From NCBI GenBank assembly GCA_013115145.1, contig JAAPAO010000047.1:40425-104424 (forward strand): DNA of 64,000 nt. The letters run 5' to 3'. This DNA comes from Perkinsus chesapeaki ATCC PRA-425 (taxonomy: Eukaryota > Protista > Perkinsozoa). The position numbers and the translations under genes were made by a program. Shown in pieces: positions 63,511 to 64,000 of this stretch. Position 1 is the first letter of the stretch, and each line of letters opens with the position of its first letter. Under the pieces are notes generated by a model, which worked only from the letters and a program-made list of their open reading frames with translations, had not been told where the DNA came from and made no database searches.

Positions 63511-63714
63511 CGAGTGTGTGCTATATTTAATTCCTACGCAGTACCTTTCCTAAACGATGTATGCTAAGGAATAGGATGGAAGTGATAATTTTCCTAGTTA
63601 GCTTCATATCGTAGTGATTGAAGAGAATACGTACTCTGAACAGCGCCGTACCATATTAAGATGAAAGTGCGCTCAGGCGCGCGCGACTCTTATTGTTTCC
63701 GCGCACGCCCCTGT

Positions 63715-63830
63715 CGCGCAAAATCGAATATCCTCCGCCATAAGCTTACTGGGCACCGGAAAATGCTACCGGCGCCCCAAAAATACCTCGCTCGCCCCAA
63801 AATTACTTTTCTGCCCCCTAAAATACTTAC
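63715..63830. promoter_or_regulatory. Degenerate 20-bp-periodic GCCCC-AAAA motif array upstream of the CFAP61 start
   Basis: CGCCCCAAAAATAC (63773), CGCCCCAAAATTAC (63793), TGCCCCCTAAAATAC (63812), with weaker units at ~63754 and ~63715. A regulatory role is inferred from position only. Confidence 0.35.
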
Positions 63831-64000
63831 AAACTCCCTCGGCGCCTGCGGCGCCGACATGTCACTTTTACTTCTCTTTCGTTCATCTTTCCCATGCACA
63901 TACGAGCCTACTTTCTACTGAACCTTAACCATTGATGGCTCCTCCTCAGAAAGATCATAAATTTCGCTCACTTCCTCGGTTTGTGTTGAATAGTTCAACA

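Overview
This is intron-dense eukaryotic genomic DNA with mostly ~40-60 nt GT-AG introns plus some ~300-450 nt introns. Gene content (flagellar CFAP genes, an S28 peptidase, a helical-repeat protein, orphan secreted beta-rich proteins) points to an alveolate, most likely Perkinsus; this is inference. Most ORFs in the supplied track are exon fragments or antisense shadows. Genes I reconstructed by hand-splicing: ERK7/MAPK15 (5' part), WDR70, two tandem EamA/DMT transporters, an HPR/RAP-like helical-repeat protein, two intronless secreted proteins sharing a C-terminal beta-rich domain, two tandem UBC4/UBE2D genes, a secreted LRR protein, glycine cleavage H protein, RPA1, CFAP299, an S28 peptidase, a CFAP57-like WD40 remnant, two small Cys-rich secreted peptide genes and CFAP61. 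The 36-54 kb region is a patchwork of decayed duplications. The strongest unexplained signal is that several short spliceosomal introns are largely pieces of different tRNAs. In the two clearest cases the intron is a reverse-complemented 3' tRNA half starting at anticodon-loop C32-U33, so the antisense 'CT' supplies the 3' splice AG. Also notable are a 57-aa prepro-peptide with a 21-residue six-Cys mature region, a gene-conversion-like tract between the UBC4 copies, a TSD-flanked MITE, and recurrent one-base-loop palindromes resembling templated repair scars.
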